A stretch of DNA of 64,000 bases, taken from an uncultured Desulfobacterales bacterium (GTDB lineage: Bacteria; Desulfobacterota; Desulfobacteria; Desulfobacterales; JAHEIW01). The position numbers and the translations under genes are program-made. The DNA lies in NCBI GenBank assembly GCA_947259495.1, contig CAMYLV010000005.1:55401-119400 (forward strand). The letters are read 5' to 3'. The notes beneath the pieces are model-generated. The model was not told the DNA's origin, made no database searches, and saw only the letters and a program-made list of their open reading frames with translations. This document shows, piece by piece, positions 9,132 to 18,173 of the stretch (positions within the stretch are counted from its first letter, which is position 1; every line of letters begins with the position of its first letter).

Positions 9132-10454
9132 TCAGGGCTTTTCAAACTGCAGTTCGATTAGACGCCGGACATTGATGCCATCTGTTTTTGCCAGTGATTC
9201 CATGTTCAACTGAAATATGAGCCAGCCCACAAAGGTGTCGTCTTTGTTAAGCGCAAAGGCGACCTCGATGCCTTTTTTGCCCATGGGATGATCTTTTGCG
9301 GTCCGATAGACGGTCAGTACTCTGTGAGAAGAGCGCTCATCTCCCTGAAAATCAATGGCCGCGTAGCTGCTGCCGACCATTTGGCCTGCAGCGACATCCG
9401 GTTCTATGGAATAGGCGTTGAGCACCTTCTTGTCCGTGTCCAGTAAAACCAAACCGGTGTAAGGAATTGCGCTCGTTTGCTGAATATCGAGAAACTTTTG
9501 CATGATGCGGTTGATTTCCGGGTTGCGCTCTGTGGTGATGTGATCCGCCAGCCAAGCGCTGAGCAGAAAATAATCTTTGGCGAGATGATTTCTGAGTTCC
9601 TGTTGCCTGAACGTCACAGATTGGTGGCCTTTGGAAAAATAGGGGTAGCCGAAGAAAATTGCCGCTGTCAGAAGCCCGATTAAGATAACCGCAGAGATCA
9701 GGCCCAAAAATGTTCGTTTATATTTTTTTTCCAGGTTCTTTGCAGCGGTGACGTCGCGTCCCAGCGAAAGCACGCCCCTGAAATTGTGGTGGCCGTCGTA
9801 GAGAACGGTAAAGGTTGTGCAGACTGCGCGGATGCCTTTCTGGGGATGATTGATTTCAAAAACACTTTCTTTGATCGAATATTGGTCTTGAACCTTCCGC
9901 AGAAAATCTTTGTATTCCTGCGGCTGCGAATATAAGTCGGCGACATGAGTCGAGCGCATCTGGGACCAGTCCCGGCCATAGAGTCTTTCCACTGCTGCAT
10001 TCCACATCAGAATTTTGCCGGTCTTGTCGCTTAAGATAACGGCCTCCGGTAATTGATCGCATAATTCCTTCAATCCGTGAATTATTTGGCTGGTCTCACT
10101 GAGCCACTGCGCCAGGTGTCGGGTTATCTCCCGCGCCGCAGTCGGAAATTCATTCAGAAATAGGATGATCTCTTCTTTGGGGATGCAAATCACCTCAACG
10201 CTATTTATGGCTTTAACGGAGGCGGTTCGCTTATCGCCTAAAAAAAAGGACACTTCTCCAAAAACAGATCCGGCCGCAGTGATTTCCCGTATTTTCTTTT
10301 CGCCCTTGAAAATTTCAATCTGGCCGGCCACCAGAATGTAGAGATCCTGGGATTCATCCCCTTCAAGGAAGATGATTTGTCCGGCAGTAAAGATGGTGCG
10401 GTACCTGGTTAAATCGGGATTGGCCAGCATCTCATCTATTTTGACAGATTCCAT
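9132..10454 (-). CDS. cNMP-binding + PAS domain membrane protein without an obvious output domain
   Basis: cNMP domain (IIFLEGD..LYILVAGQIEI, VFGEVSFFLGDKRTASV); PAS (DQLPEAVILSDKTGKILMWN); one TM; C-terminal extracytoplasmic domain. Confidence 0.82.
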   Translation of the reverse strand: MESVKIDEMLANPDLTRYRTIFTAGQIIFLEGDESQDLYILVAGQIEIFKGEKKIREITAAGSVFGEVSFFLGDKRTASVKAINSVEVICIPKEEIILFLNEFPTAAREITRHLAQWLSETSQIIHGLKELCDQLPEAVILSDKTGKILMWNAAVERLYGRDWSQMRSTHVADLYSQPQEYKDFLRKVQDQYSIKESVFEINHPQKGIRAVCTTFTVLYDGHHNFRGVLSLGRDVTAAKNLEKKYKRTFLGLISAVILIGLLTAAIFFGYPYFSKGHQSVTFRQQELRNHLAKDYFLLSAWLADHITTERNPEINRIMQKFLDIQQTSAIPYTGLVLLDTDKKVLNAYSIEPDVAAGQMVGSSYAAIDFQGDERSSHRVLTVYRTAKDHPMGKKGIEVAFALNKDDTFVGWLIFQLNMESLAKTDGINVRRLIELQFEKP

Positions 10455-10541
10455 ATGGGCACACTGTAGTCCAATGTCTTTGAACCGTCAATTTAAAATC
10501 AGTAGCGAATAGCGCTGAGCGCGTCCGGAGGCAAAGGCGCC

Positions 10542-12218
10542 TTAGAACGGCTCTGCTCCGGCAAAGTACTCGTGGGGATCGAGTGCGTCGAAGGCAATCG
10601 TTCCCTGGCGCCGCGCTGTGTTATAGAACCTGGCGGTATAGGCCTTCCATTTAGCGCTCAAGTGCGGATCATCCTGCAAGCTACAATCGATGGCGTGATC
10701 GATTTCATGTTTTAAGATAGCCTCAAATTCAGGGTCTTTCAATACACAGGCCGAGATGAAAATCATGTGCTTGTCATGGTCGTAGGCGCCCGGCTGCCGG
10801 TCCCAGGCTTTGCCGTCATCGAACTGATCTTCCACCTCGAACCAATGCTGTTGGCCGTCCCGGTTGATGTCCACCCGGCGATGCGGTGTGATCCGGCCGT
10901 CTCGGTCCAGATCCGCCCCGAATCCAAGTTCGGTCGGCAAGGTTTCCGCGGCGCCCACAAAAATGTGGATACCGTTGCTTTTCAAAAAGGCGATCAGCTT
11001 TTCGGGAAAGGCGGCTAATTTTTCGGATATCCGCGCCTGCTCATCCGGGCCGGCAGTCCCCCCGATGAACGCATCGGAAAACGTGTGCGGGATCTGCGGT
11101 TCAGCGACCGGCTCAAGTGGTTTTAAATTTAAACCGGCAATGAATTTTTTAAAATAGCCCTCGGTGGCCAGCGCGGTTTCAAACATGGCCAAGGGATGAT
11201 ACTTTACCAGATCGGGAAACTCACCCAGAAAGGTGTGGGTGGAGGGGGTTAACTGGGCATGTGGAAAAATATCCTGTAGACTGTGCAGTCCGATGGCGAA
11301 TTCCTGCTCGGCGGCATCATAAAAGCCCTCGCCGGCGAGCTTGTGGGCGCGCGCAAGGTGAATTCTGGCAGCTGTAATACGGGTATCTTCCACACCGGCC
11401 GGGCTGCGGTTGTAATGCCGCTGAATGTCGCCGATTTCACCGACCGTGCCGGTTATGCGGGGTTTGGCGCAGTCCCGGGGATCGTGGTAATGGATTCGGC
11501 TGATGTCGACGTCATAGCATTTTGTTGCCATTCTGCGAGCCTGCTGCTTGCTGAAACCGAACGTGACGGCAATATCGTAAGTGCCGAAGTTCTCATCGGC
11601 GCGGCGCCCCGGATCGATGCTGCCCGAGTGGGGTCCTCTGTCCCATGCGAACTGGGACACCTGTTTGCGCAAGATACCCAGATAGCGATCCTCTTTGGGA
11701 AGGTCGGAATGCACTCCTTTGACAATTTCTTCGAAGCGGCCGTAAGGGTCTGTGTGGTACCGCTCCGTGTTGTGGCATTTTTCAGTCAATCTGACGGCCA
11801 GGGGGTCCAGCAGACGATCGATGGTTGTGACCGGACCTGTTGCGATGCGGCTGGTTGACAGAAAGATCTTCTGGATCAGGGCCCCGGCTTTTCTTGAAAA
11901 CGGAAAGTAGCGCGAGTCCGGGTGATAATCTTTAATCAGATGAAAAGCGTGCAGCAAATCAGAATTGGTCCGGCCTGCGGTCAAAGACGTCTGCAGCCCC
12001 AGCTCGGACAGATAGCCGGCCGGATCGAAACTGTCAACAGGTTTGCCCCCCAGCGTTTCTTTGACTCTTTCGTAAACCCGGGACGCATCGGCCAACCGCC
12101 ACCGGCCGGATGCATACGGATCATCGGCGACGGCCAGCTGGCGTTCGATTTCTTTTAAGAGCGCCCCCTCTTGCCAGATTCCGGGCTGGAAGAAATCTAT
12201 TTTTGAAATCGGCATCAT
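10542..12218 (-). CDS. Hypothetical protein with a PLC/Het-C-like Zn motif region and a C-terminal HExxH zincin (ATLF/PPEP-like) domain
   Basis: 558-aa ORF; GLHSLQDIFPH and QRHYN motifs; HEIDHAID followed by DPHEYFA. Confidence 0.65.
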   Translation of the reverse strand: MMPISKIDFFQPGIWQEGALLKEIERQLAVADDPYASGRWRLADASRVYERVKETLGGKPVDSFDPAGYLSELGLQTSLTAGRTNSDLLHAFHLIKDYHPDSRYFPFSRKAGALIQKIFLSTSRIATGPVTTIDRLLDPLAVRLTEKCHNTERYHTDPYGRFEEIVKGVHSDLPKEDRYLGILRKQVSQFAWDRGPHSGSIDPGRRADENFGTYDIAVTFGFSKQQARRMATKCYDVDISRIHYHDPRDCAKPRITGTVGEIGDIQRHYNRSPAGVEDTRITAARIHLARAHKLAGEGFYDAAEQEFAIGLHSLQDIFPHAQLTPSTHTFLGEFPDLVKYHPLAMFETALATEGYFKKFIAGLNLKPLEPVAEPQIPHTFSDAFIGGTAGPDEQARISEKLAAFPEKLIAFLKSNGIHIFVGAAETLPTELGFGADLDRDGRITPHRRVDINRDGQQHWFEVEDQFDDGKAWDRQPGAYDHDKHMIFISACVLKDPEFEAILKHEIDHAIDCSLQDDPHLSAKWKAYTARFYNTARRQGTIAFDALDPHEYFAGAEPF

Positions 12219-12258
12219 TCCCCAAGCAGCTTTCCTTTGCTTTTCTATGTATACAATA

Positions 12259-12385
12259 GGGTTTCAAGGTTCAAGTTCAAGGGTACAGGGTAGGACGCTT
12301 ATTGCGCCAGCCCATAGCTGATAGATCATAGTTCACAACAAGGAAGCTGGGAAGGTCAACATAGGGACACGGATACACACAGATT
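12259..12385. repeat. Composite block of short-period repeats
   Basis: GGTTTCAA GGTTCAA GTTCAA; CATAGCT GATAGAT CATAGTT (12313-12333); ACACGGATACACACAGAT. Confidence 0.55.
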
Positions 12386-12388
12386 TTT

Positions 12389-13561
12389 CTACTTTTTCTT
12401 TTTTGTAAAATCGGCGATTTCGCTGACAGCTTCGATGGTGGTCTTTATGTGGTCTTCGGTATTAAACGGGCCGATGCCGATGCGAACCGAACCGCCGATC
12501 TGATCGGTGCCCAGTTGCTCGTGTACCAGGGGGGCGCAGTGAAGTCCGGTGCGGCAGGCAATATCATATTCCCCATCCAAAAAGGTGCCTGTGTCGAGCG
12601 CCTCCATTCCGTCTATATTAAAACTGAGAACACTGATATGATCGGTCAGGTCGTCCTGACAATAAAGTGTCACCCCATCCAGCGCCTTGAGGCCATCCCG
12701 TAACATTCGCGCCAGCTTCATTTCATGGGCATGAATCTGATCGATTCCTTTTTGTGCGATCCACTTCAAGCCGGCATGCAACCCGGCGATGCCCATGACA
12801 TTGCCGGTACCGAATTCAAGCCGGTATGGATATTCGTCCAGGTGCATGCGATGAGCAGAGCGAACCCCCGTCCCGCCGGCCCGGGTGTGCCGAATGTCAA
12901 CTCCCTCTCTTACGTAAAGGCCGCCGATACCGGTGGGTCCCAACAGGGATTTGTGGCCGGTAAAAGCGACAATATCAATGTGCATTTTGTCGATGTCAAT
13001 CGGCACCTTGCCGGCGGACTGTGAGGCATCAATGGCAAACGGGACGCCGTGCTTGCGGCAGATGCGGCCGATGGCCTCTATGGGCTGCACCGTGCCGATC
13101 ACATTGGAGGTATGGTTGATGATGATCAGACGGGTGTTGGTTTTGATTTTTTGTTTGATATCGTCCGGGTCGACAAAGCCCTTCGTGTCAAAGGAAACAT
13201 AGTCGACCTCTACGCCGTGTAACTTGCTCTGATGATAGAGCGGCCGGAGCACGGAATTGTGTTCGAGCGTAGTTGAAATGGCATGATCGCCCGGTTTTAA
13301 AAGCCCGAAAATGATCAGATTAAGGGCATCGGTGGAGTTATACCCAAAGCACAGCCGGTTGGGGTCCTTGCCCCCGAAAAAATCGGCAAGCATCTTGCGG
13401 GTGTTGTCCACCAAAGCGCCGGTTTCCATGCACATGTCATATCCGGAGCGCCCCGGGTTGACCCCAAAGTCGCGAAAAAACGAGTCCATGAAGGAATACA
13501 CCGCTTCCGGTTTGGGGTAAGAAGTGGCTCCATTGTCAAGATAAATTAATTTTGTCATCAC
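12389..13561 (-). CDS. Class-V aminotransferase, cysteine desulfurase/selenocysteine lyase-like
   Basis: IYLDNGATSYPKP, LEHNSV, DASQSAG, TGHKSLLGPTGIG (PLP lysine), RTGLHCAP (catalytic Cys). Confidence 0.92.
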   Translation of the reverse strand: MMTKLIYLDNGATSYPKPEAVYSFMDSFFRDFGVNPGRSGYDMCMETGALVDNTRKMLADFFGGKDPNRLCFGYNSTDALNLIIFGLLKPGDHAISTTLEHNSVLRPLYHQSKLHGVEVDYVSFDTKGFVDPDDIKQKIKTNTRLIIINHTSNVIGTVQPIEAIGRICRKHGVPFAIDASQSAGKVPIDIDKMHIDIVAFTGHKSLLGPTGIGGLYVREGVDIRHTRAGGTGVRSAHRMHLDEYPYRLEFGTGNVMGIAGLHAGLKWIAQKGIDQIHAHEMKLARMLRDGLKALDGVTLYCQDDLTDHISVLSFNIDGMEALDTGTFLDGEYDIACRTGLHCAPLVHEQLGTDQIGGSVRIGIGPFNTEDHIKTTIEAVSEIADFTKKKK

Positions 13562-13579
13562 AGGGTATCCTTGCTCTGT

Positions 13580-13810
13580 TTATACCGCTTTTCATAATAA
13601 TGTTCCGAGTCACCGACCACCCGCAGAGCGGGTGGCTTGGATTTTTCCGCCACAGGCGGAAAAACAAACGGGCACGGCAGTGTCCTATTCGGTGCGGGTG
13701 AAACCGGGTGCAAAGAACCCGGTTAAAACACCCAATTACGGAATTGGGGCATACGTGGTTGTAGAAAAAAACGTTGGCATAACGGAACGCTTTTTTGACA
13801 ACCACTATAA
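13580..13810 (-). repeat. Dispersed ~104-bp hairpin repeat, copy A, interrupted by a 126-bp insertion
   Basis: Matches the other seven copies on both sides of 13609-13734; contains the exact 13-mer GGTTGTCAAAAAA on the minus strand. Confidence 0.9.
13609..13734 (+). mobile_element. Putative non-autonomous IS200/IS605-type (PATE-like) mini-element
   Basis: Absent from the sister copies of the host repeat, no target duplication. Hairpins CCACCCGC-AGA-GCGGGTGG, TTTTTCCGC-CACAG-GCGGAAAAA, GGGCAC-GGCA-GTGTCC and AACCGGGT-GCAAAGA-ACCCGGTT. Begins GTCA...GCTTG. Confidence 0.55.
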
Positions 13811-13959
13811 AACGGCCTGATTTATTCCGGCCCTCTGGCCGAAAGCTTTGCCCGCGACAGCCCGCCATCATCACTGTTGGGGCATACATAAGACAATTGA
13901 CCTATATTTACAATAGAAGCGAACTCAAAAATTGCGATATGGTGCTGGGCAGGATCGGG

Positions 13960-14454
13960 CTAAAGAGAAAAACTTCTTTTCCCTTTGTAGCCGGAATAGG
14001 GCAGCGTAACATATAAACCGTCTCCCATGTAGACCCCTAATCCCATGAAAATACCTTCCGGGTTGTAGATTTCGACTACATCTCCGTGAGTTCGGCCGGG
14101 ATTTACATATTCCGGATAGCAGGTTGACAACGGATTTAAATACATGCGGACTTTATGGCGCACCCGCCCGCGGGTCGAATCAGATTCGATCTCTTTGACC
14201 TCGTTTGCCCAATAATAAAATTTAGCATACAGAGCGCAGTGCGGCCATTTTTGGGCACAGGCATCGAAAAATTCCTGCAGCTTGACCGTCTGCCCGTCCA
14301 GAGTGGACAGATACGGTTTCTCGGGTAATTCTTTCAGACGCGCCACAATATCATCGATGCAGGCCTCCGGTGGACGTTCAGGTGCCGGTGCAAGCGTATG
14401 GCAGCCGGCAACCAGGACCCCCAGGAGAATACAAACGAGGCGCCGTGCTATCAT
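13960..14454 (-). CDS. Hypothetical lipoprotein
   Basis: MIARRLVCILLGVLVAGC lipobox at ATG 14454. Confidence 0.7.
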   Translation of the reverse strand: MIARRLVCILLGVLVAGCHTLAPAPERPPEACIDDIVARLKELPEKPYLSTLDGQTVKLQEFFDACAQKWPHCALYAKFYYWANEVKEIESDSTRGRVRHKVRMYLNPLSTCYPEYVNPGRTHGDVVEIYNPEGIFMGLGVYMGDGLYVTLPYSGYKGKRSFSL

Positions 14455-14695
14455 TCTATCCGTCCTTGCACAGGTTCTCGCTCGTGGTACAACAGGCGAC
14501 AAGATGATAAGATTTCACCTCCCTATCCGTTGACCTGGTTTTTTTGGGGCGGCCACCCGAGGTGACCGCCGACGGCTTTATCGATCGACATCTCGGCGGT
14601 GGCCGATCTTAACGACCCGGATGCTGCGTTCATCACCCTGGATGGAATAGACGATGCGATATCTACCCTGTGCCGGATGCGATATCGCGCTAACG

Positions 14696-15112
14696 TCAGG
14701 ATGATTGAGAACCAGGGGCCTGTTTCGGCTGACTTTTGATCAACCACTTGTCCGCCTGACTGATCATTTTGCCAAGCTGTCCTATTATTTGTTCATAAGC
14801 AGAGTTTAATTGCTCGCAGGTATCATCGTCAAGGTATTTACATTGTCGGGCAAATTCGATCCATACCTGCGTCTCGCAGGCCTGGCCTTCGGAATCGTTT
14901 AATTTGGCGATAAACGGGGTTTTAAAGCGTCTTTTGCGCCAGGCTCTACTGATATGCGAGCAAACCGACCGCGCCGCTTGCCGCATTTGATCGGTTAAAG
15001 CATAGTGCTCTTCAGGCGGAAATTTCGCGGTTAAATGAAAAATGTCCATGGCGGTATTCATGGCATTCTGAAAAACCCTTAAGTCTCTAAAACTTGTTAT
15101 TTTATCCTTCAT
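14696..15112 (-). CDS. Four-helix-bundle protein (IVS/S23-type, bAvd-like fold)
   Basis: SFRDLRVFQ, FPPEEHYALTDQMRQAARSV, ETQVWIEFARQCKYL; GGAGG SD. Confidence 0.9.
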   Translation of the reverse strand: MKDKITSFRDLRVFQNAMNTAMDIFHLTAKFPPEEHYALTDQMRQAARSVCSHISRAWRKRRFKTPFIAKLNDSEGQACETQVWIEFARQCKYLDDDTCEQLNSAYEQIIGQLGKMISQADKWLIKSQPKQAPGSQSS

Positions 15113-15159
15113 GTTTCAACCTCCCTTTCAAATGTGCGTGTGCCGATGTTGGGGGCAGG

Positions 15160-15188
15160 ATCAGCCGCCCGGTGCCCGGGCGGCTGAT
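15160..15188. other. GC-rich 12-bp stem-loop between comEA and the four-helix-bundle gene
   Basis: ATCAGCCGCCCG-GTGCC-CGGGCGGCTGAT; no U-tract. Confidence 0.55.
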
Positions 15189-15208
15189 GGCGCCCTGTCA
15201 ATGCACGC

Positions 15209-15517
15209 TTACTTTTTGGCCTGCCGCTTTTTGAGCTTTTGGACCGTAATCAACGCTTTGTTTTTTTCAAAGGTTTTCTGGCCGATACGCGGGACATTGA
15301 TTAAATCTTCCGGTTTTTGGAAGGGCCCGTTTTTTTCGCGATAGGCGATGATCCCGGCGGCATGACTTGAACCGATGCCCTTTAATTGCGTCAGCTGTTC
15401 AACTGTGGCCGTGTTGATGTCAATTTTTTCAACATCGCCGGCATAAGCGCCGGTCGCAACGATCAGGCTCATTAAAACAACAACCCATACGGCTACGATT
15501 CGTCTACGATTTTGCAT
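15209..15517 (-). CDS. comEA: ComEA-family helix-hairpin-helix DNA-binding protein
   Basis: Signal peptide; IDINTATVEQLTQLKGIG...IIAYREKNGPF...DLINVPRIGQKT. Confidence 0.92.
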   Translation of the reverse strand: MQNRRRIVAVWVVVLMSLIVATGAYAGDVEKIDINTATVEQLTQLKGIGSSHAAGIIAYREKNGPFQKPEDLINVPRIGQKTFEKNKALITVQKLKKRQAKK

Positions 15518-15807
15518 TTCTTCCTCCTTTCGATTGAGGGTTTATGAATCATTCCCATGCAACCCTGCATGGGATCGTTGAAAGCAAAGCGCAATATTTT
15601 TAAAAATATGTCAATAAGAACTTGCTATATCGCCAATAATCTGTTACCTAAATTTTGCATAAAAACTTATGAAAAGCATTTTACCTCTATTAATATGATA
15701 TAATCTATAATATAGTAAATTTTAATTGTCAACTTAAATTTGCATTAAAAGCAAAAATAATTTACCCATAGAACTTCGTTTGTTACCTGGACAGTCGGGA
15801 GTAAAAT

Positions 15808-16401
15808 ATGGCCAATGATGAAAAAACGAATAAAACAAATGATATGAAACTGTCATTGAGTGAAACAGAAGAGATCATCGGGCGGCTGAAAGAAGCGCTG
15901 GATGTCAAATCCGACGGACAACTGGCAAAATATTTAGGCATTACCCGGCAAAATATCGGTGCCGCCCGCAAACGGGACGACGTTCCCCCGGGATGGATCT
16001 ATAAGGTGGCGGAGCTCAGCGGATGTTCAATGGATTGGGTTCGTTTTGGACAGGGCCCGCAAAAACGTGTGACCTATGCTGCGGGAGAATCTCAAGATAT
16101 GGGTGAGATAGCCAGTCAGGAATCACCTTATCGGCTCCAGGTCAGCTGGAAGCCCCGGTTGGCGGATGAATTGCAATCCGACGCGGACACGGCCGGTTTC
16201 GGTGCGGCCGTTGAGATGCTGGCCAAAATCTACGGCTCCGGCGATCAGCTGCTGATCGGCGCTATCAATACCGATCTGCGCGCATTTTGCGAGGCCATTG
16301 ACCGCAAACAACGGGATCAGCACTCAACCAAAGAACTCATCAATCTGAAAAAGCGCCTGGCCACGATCGAAAAACAGCTGAAGCGGGACAAGCGCTCTTG
16401 A
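15808..16401 (+). CDS. Phage CI-like (XRE) HTH regulator lacking an S24 peptidase domain
   Basis: IIGRLKEALDVKSDGQLAKYLGITRQNI...SMDWVRFGQGP; helical C-terminus. Confidence 0.8.
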   Translation: MANDEKTNKTNDMKLSLSETEEIIGRLKEALDVKSDGQLAKYLGITRQNIGAARKRDDVPPGWIYKVAELSGCSMDWVRFGQGPQKRVTYAAGESQDMGEIASQESPYRLQVSWKPRLADELQSDADTAGFGAAVEMLAKIYGSGDQLLIGAINTDLRAFCEAIDRKQRDQHSTKELINLKKRLATIEKQLKRDKRS

Positions 16402-16442
16402 TTGCCGATTAATTAATGCGGAATGCTGCCCATTAGTTTTAT

Positions 16443-16546
16443 TTATAGGGGTTGTCAAAAAACGTTGCAGTATTCAAACGTTTTTTTCTACAACCCCTTA
16501 TGCCGCACTTCCGTATTCCGGAACATTATTATGGAAAGCAGTATAA
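16443..16546 (+). repeat. Dispersed ~104-bp hairpin repeat, copy B
   Basis: TTATAGGGGTTGTCAAAAAACGTT...AACGTTTTTTTCTACAACCCCTTATGCCGCACTTCCGTATTCCGGAACATTATTATGGAAAGCAGTATAA. Confidence 0.92.
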
Positions 16547-16675
16547 TCGAGGCACTGAAAAGGTTATCACCCTGCACAACAGGCACTGCGTAATCAAACG
16601 GATCAAGATTGCATGTTAGGGAAATCCGTAATAATCGGAGTGCCCTTTGTAACGGAAGCGTACTCAGATTTGCAT

Positions 16676-17356
16676 TTATTTTGTGGCTCGATATTCATAT
16701 TGCGACCGAAAGTCCATGGTATTGGCATAGACCAGTTTGGGAACCAGTTTCCCGTATTTTTCTTTGGGATCACTTACGCCGACACTAAACGGGCCGCCTT
16801 CCATCAGGCTGATTCTGGCCACCTGGGTTTTACCGGAAGTGGCACGGGTCCAGCAGGTGGCCCCGCTTTCAGTTTCCAAAATTCGGGTTTTGAGTGCTGC
16901 TTCAACATAGGCTCTGGCATTCAAAGACTTGGCAGCGGTATAAACATTAATTTTCGGCTTTATGTGAGAAACTTGCAGGTGCCCCAATATGATGGCATCC
17001 ACCTTATACTTTTGGCCGATTGACTGAATGGTTTCCGGATTGAGTTGGCTGTGTCCCAGGGAACGCAACAAGTGATCTGCATCCCCCAGTTCGAGGATCC
17101 GCGTACCCGGCTGCGCTGACTGGATGTTTTCAATGAAATTCTGGGTCACATAAGGCTTGAGCGTATCTTCAGCATTTGTCGAAAATTCAACCACGCCAAT
17201 CGAAGGAAAAGCTTTCAAATCAACCTTTGGGGGCACTATCACTTTTTCGGTATGCGCGCATGCCAGAAGCATTACCATTACGGCTGACAGTAAAAAGGTT
17301 AGACACAACAGCCCGGTTCTGATGTTTGCAGAACAGTCTGATAGGTTCGTTTTCAT
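16676..17356 (-). CDS. Hypothetical lipoprotein (possibly CsgG/HfaB-like fold)
   Basis: LLAC lipobox; IGVVEF and SIGQKYKVDAIILG pattern. Confidence 0.7.
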   Translation of the reverse strand: MKTNLSDCSANIRTGLLCLTFLLSAVMVMLLACAHTEKVIVPPKVDLKAFPSIGVVEFSTNAEDTLKPYVTQNFIENIQSAQPGTRILELGDADHLLRSLGHSQLNPETIQSIGQKYKVDAIILGHLQVSHIKPKINVYTAAKSLNARAYVEAALKTRILETESGATCWTRATSGKTQVARISLMEGGPFSVGVSDPKEKYGKLVPKLVYANTMDFRSQYEYRATK

Positions 17357-17515
17357 TGCACGCTCCTTATTCTTAATTATGGCATTATGCGATTGGAGAA
17401 ATCGGCCGCACTATAGCTTCTTGATTTAGCGGCTGTGATTTATATCGGTGCGGGATGGGAATTCTTGAGCAGAAGATTCAATGCATACTTCGTTGATTCG
17501 TCAAATGGTTAAAAG

Positions 17516-17588
17516 CAGGGCTGAGGACTCAGGACAGAGGAGCTTGGTGAGGACGCCAGGATTAAACTGCCACGGACACACACGGATT
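17516..17588. repeat. Short-period repeat block at the left edge of the AT-rich patch
   Basis: CAGGGCTGAGGACTCAGGACAGAGG and CCACGGACACACACGGAT. Confidence 0.5.
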
Positions 17589-17845
17589 TAAGCTTTTAAA
17601 TAAGATTTGCGCCTTACAGCTCTGCCCTGACCTATACTTGAATTGGCAGAATGGGTAGGTCAGTCAAAACTTTGAGTCACAATTGGATGTCACAATTTTT
17701 CAGAAGGTTCCCAAAGTTTGCAAATGTTGGAGACTGCGCATCAATTATGTCACAGGTGAAAGCCTGATGGCTTATTAAACAGGGGAGTTTCACCTATTAT
17801 TTTTAGGCAGTGGATGATTCGGGGAGAATTTAAGACTTGAAATCC

Positions 17846-17921
17846 CCTATAGATAAAGTTGGGGAGGCTCTGCGAGCTACACCCTAAGGGCTCGCTCGCC
17901 TCCCCAACATCTATCTATAGG
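17846..17921. repeat. 76-bp imperfect palindrome
   Basis: Arms CCTATAGATA/TATCTATAGG, GTTGGGGAGGC/GCCTCCCCAAC, GCGAGC/GCTCGC. Confidence 0.8.
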
Positions 17922-18173
17922 AAAGGTACCAGATATATTGAATCCGAGAACATAAGTTTTTTTAAGCTAAATAGCAGGTTTAGAAAAACAGCTTTGGTAA
18001 AAATAATACAAAAAATTAAATTTTGAGATCTAAAGTAATTTATAAATAATGCCGAGTTACGGTTTGTAGAATCAAATCACAAACTCGATTTGCGAAATGA
18101 TAAAAATTCTTTAGTAGTTTTCGTTGCAGCACCATAACTAATTGGATTTATTAGCTATAAAAAAATAGCGATC

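Noticed and set aside
14696-15112. Diversity-generating retroelement suggested by the bAvd-like four-helix bundle
   Set aside because: No reverse transcriptase and no TR/VR pair differing at adenines were seen in the window.
15808-16401. Prophage suggested by the CI-like repressor
   Set aside because: No integrase, replication or structural genes are nearby.
17846-17921. attC site
   Set aside because: The core polarity is GTT...AAC rather than AAC...GTT.
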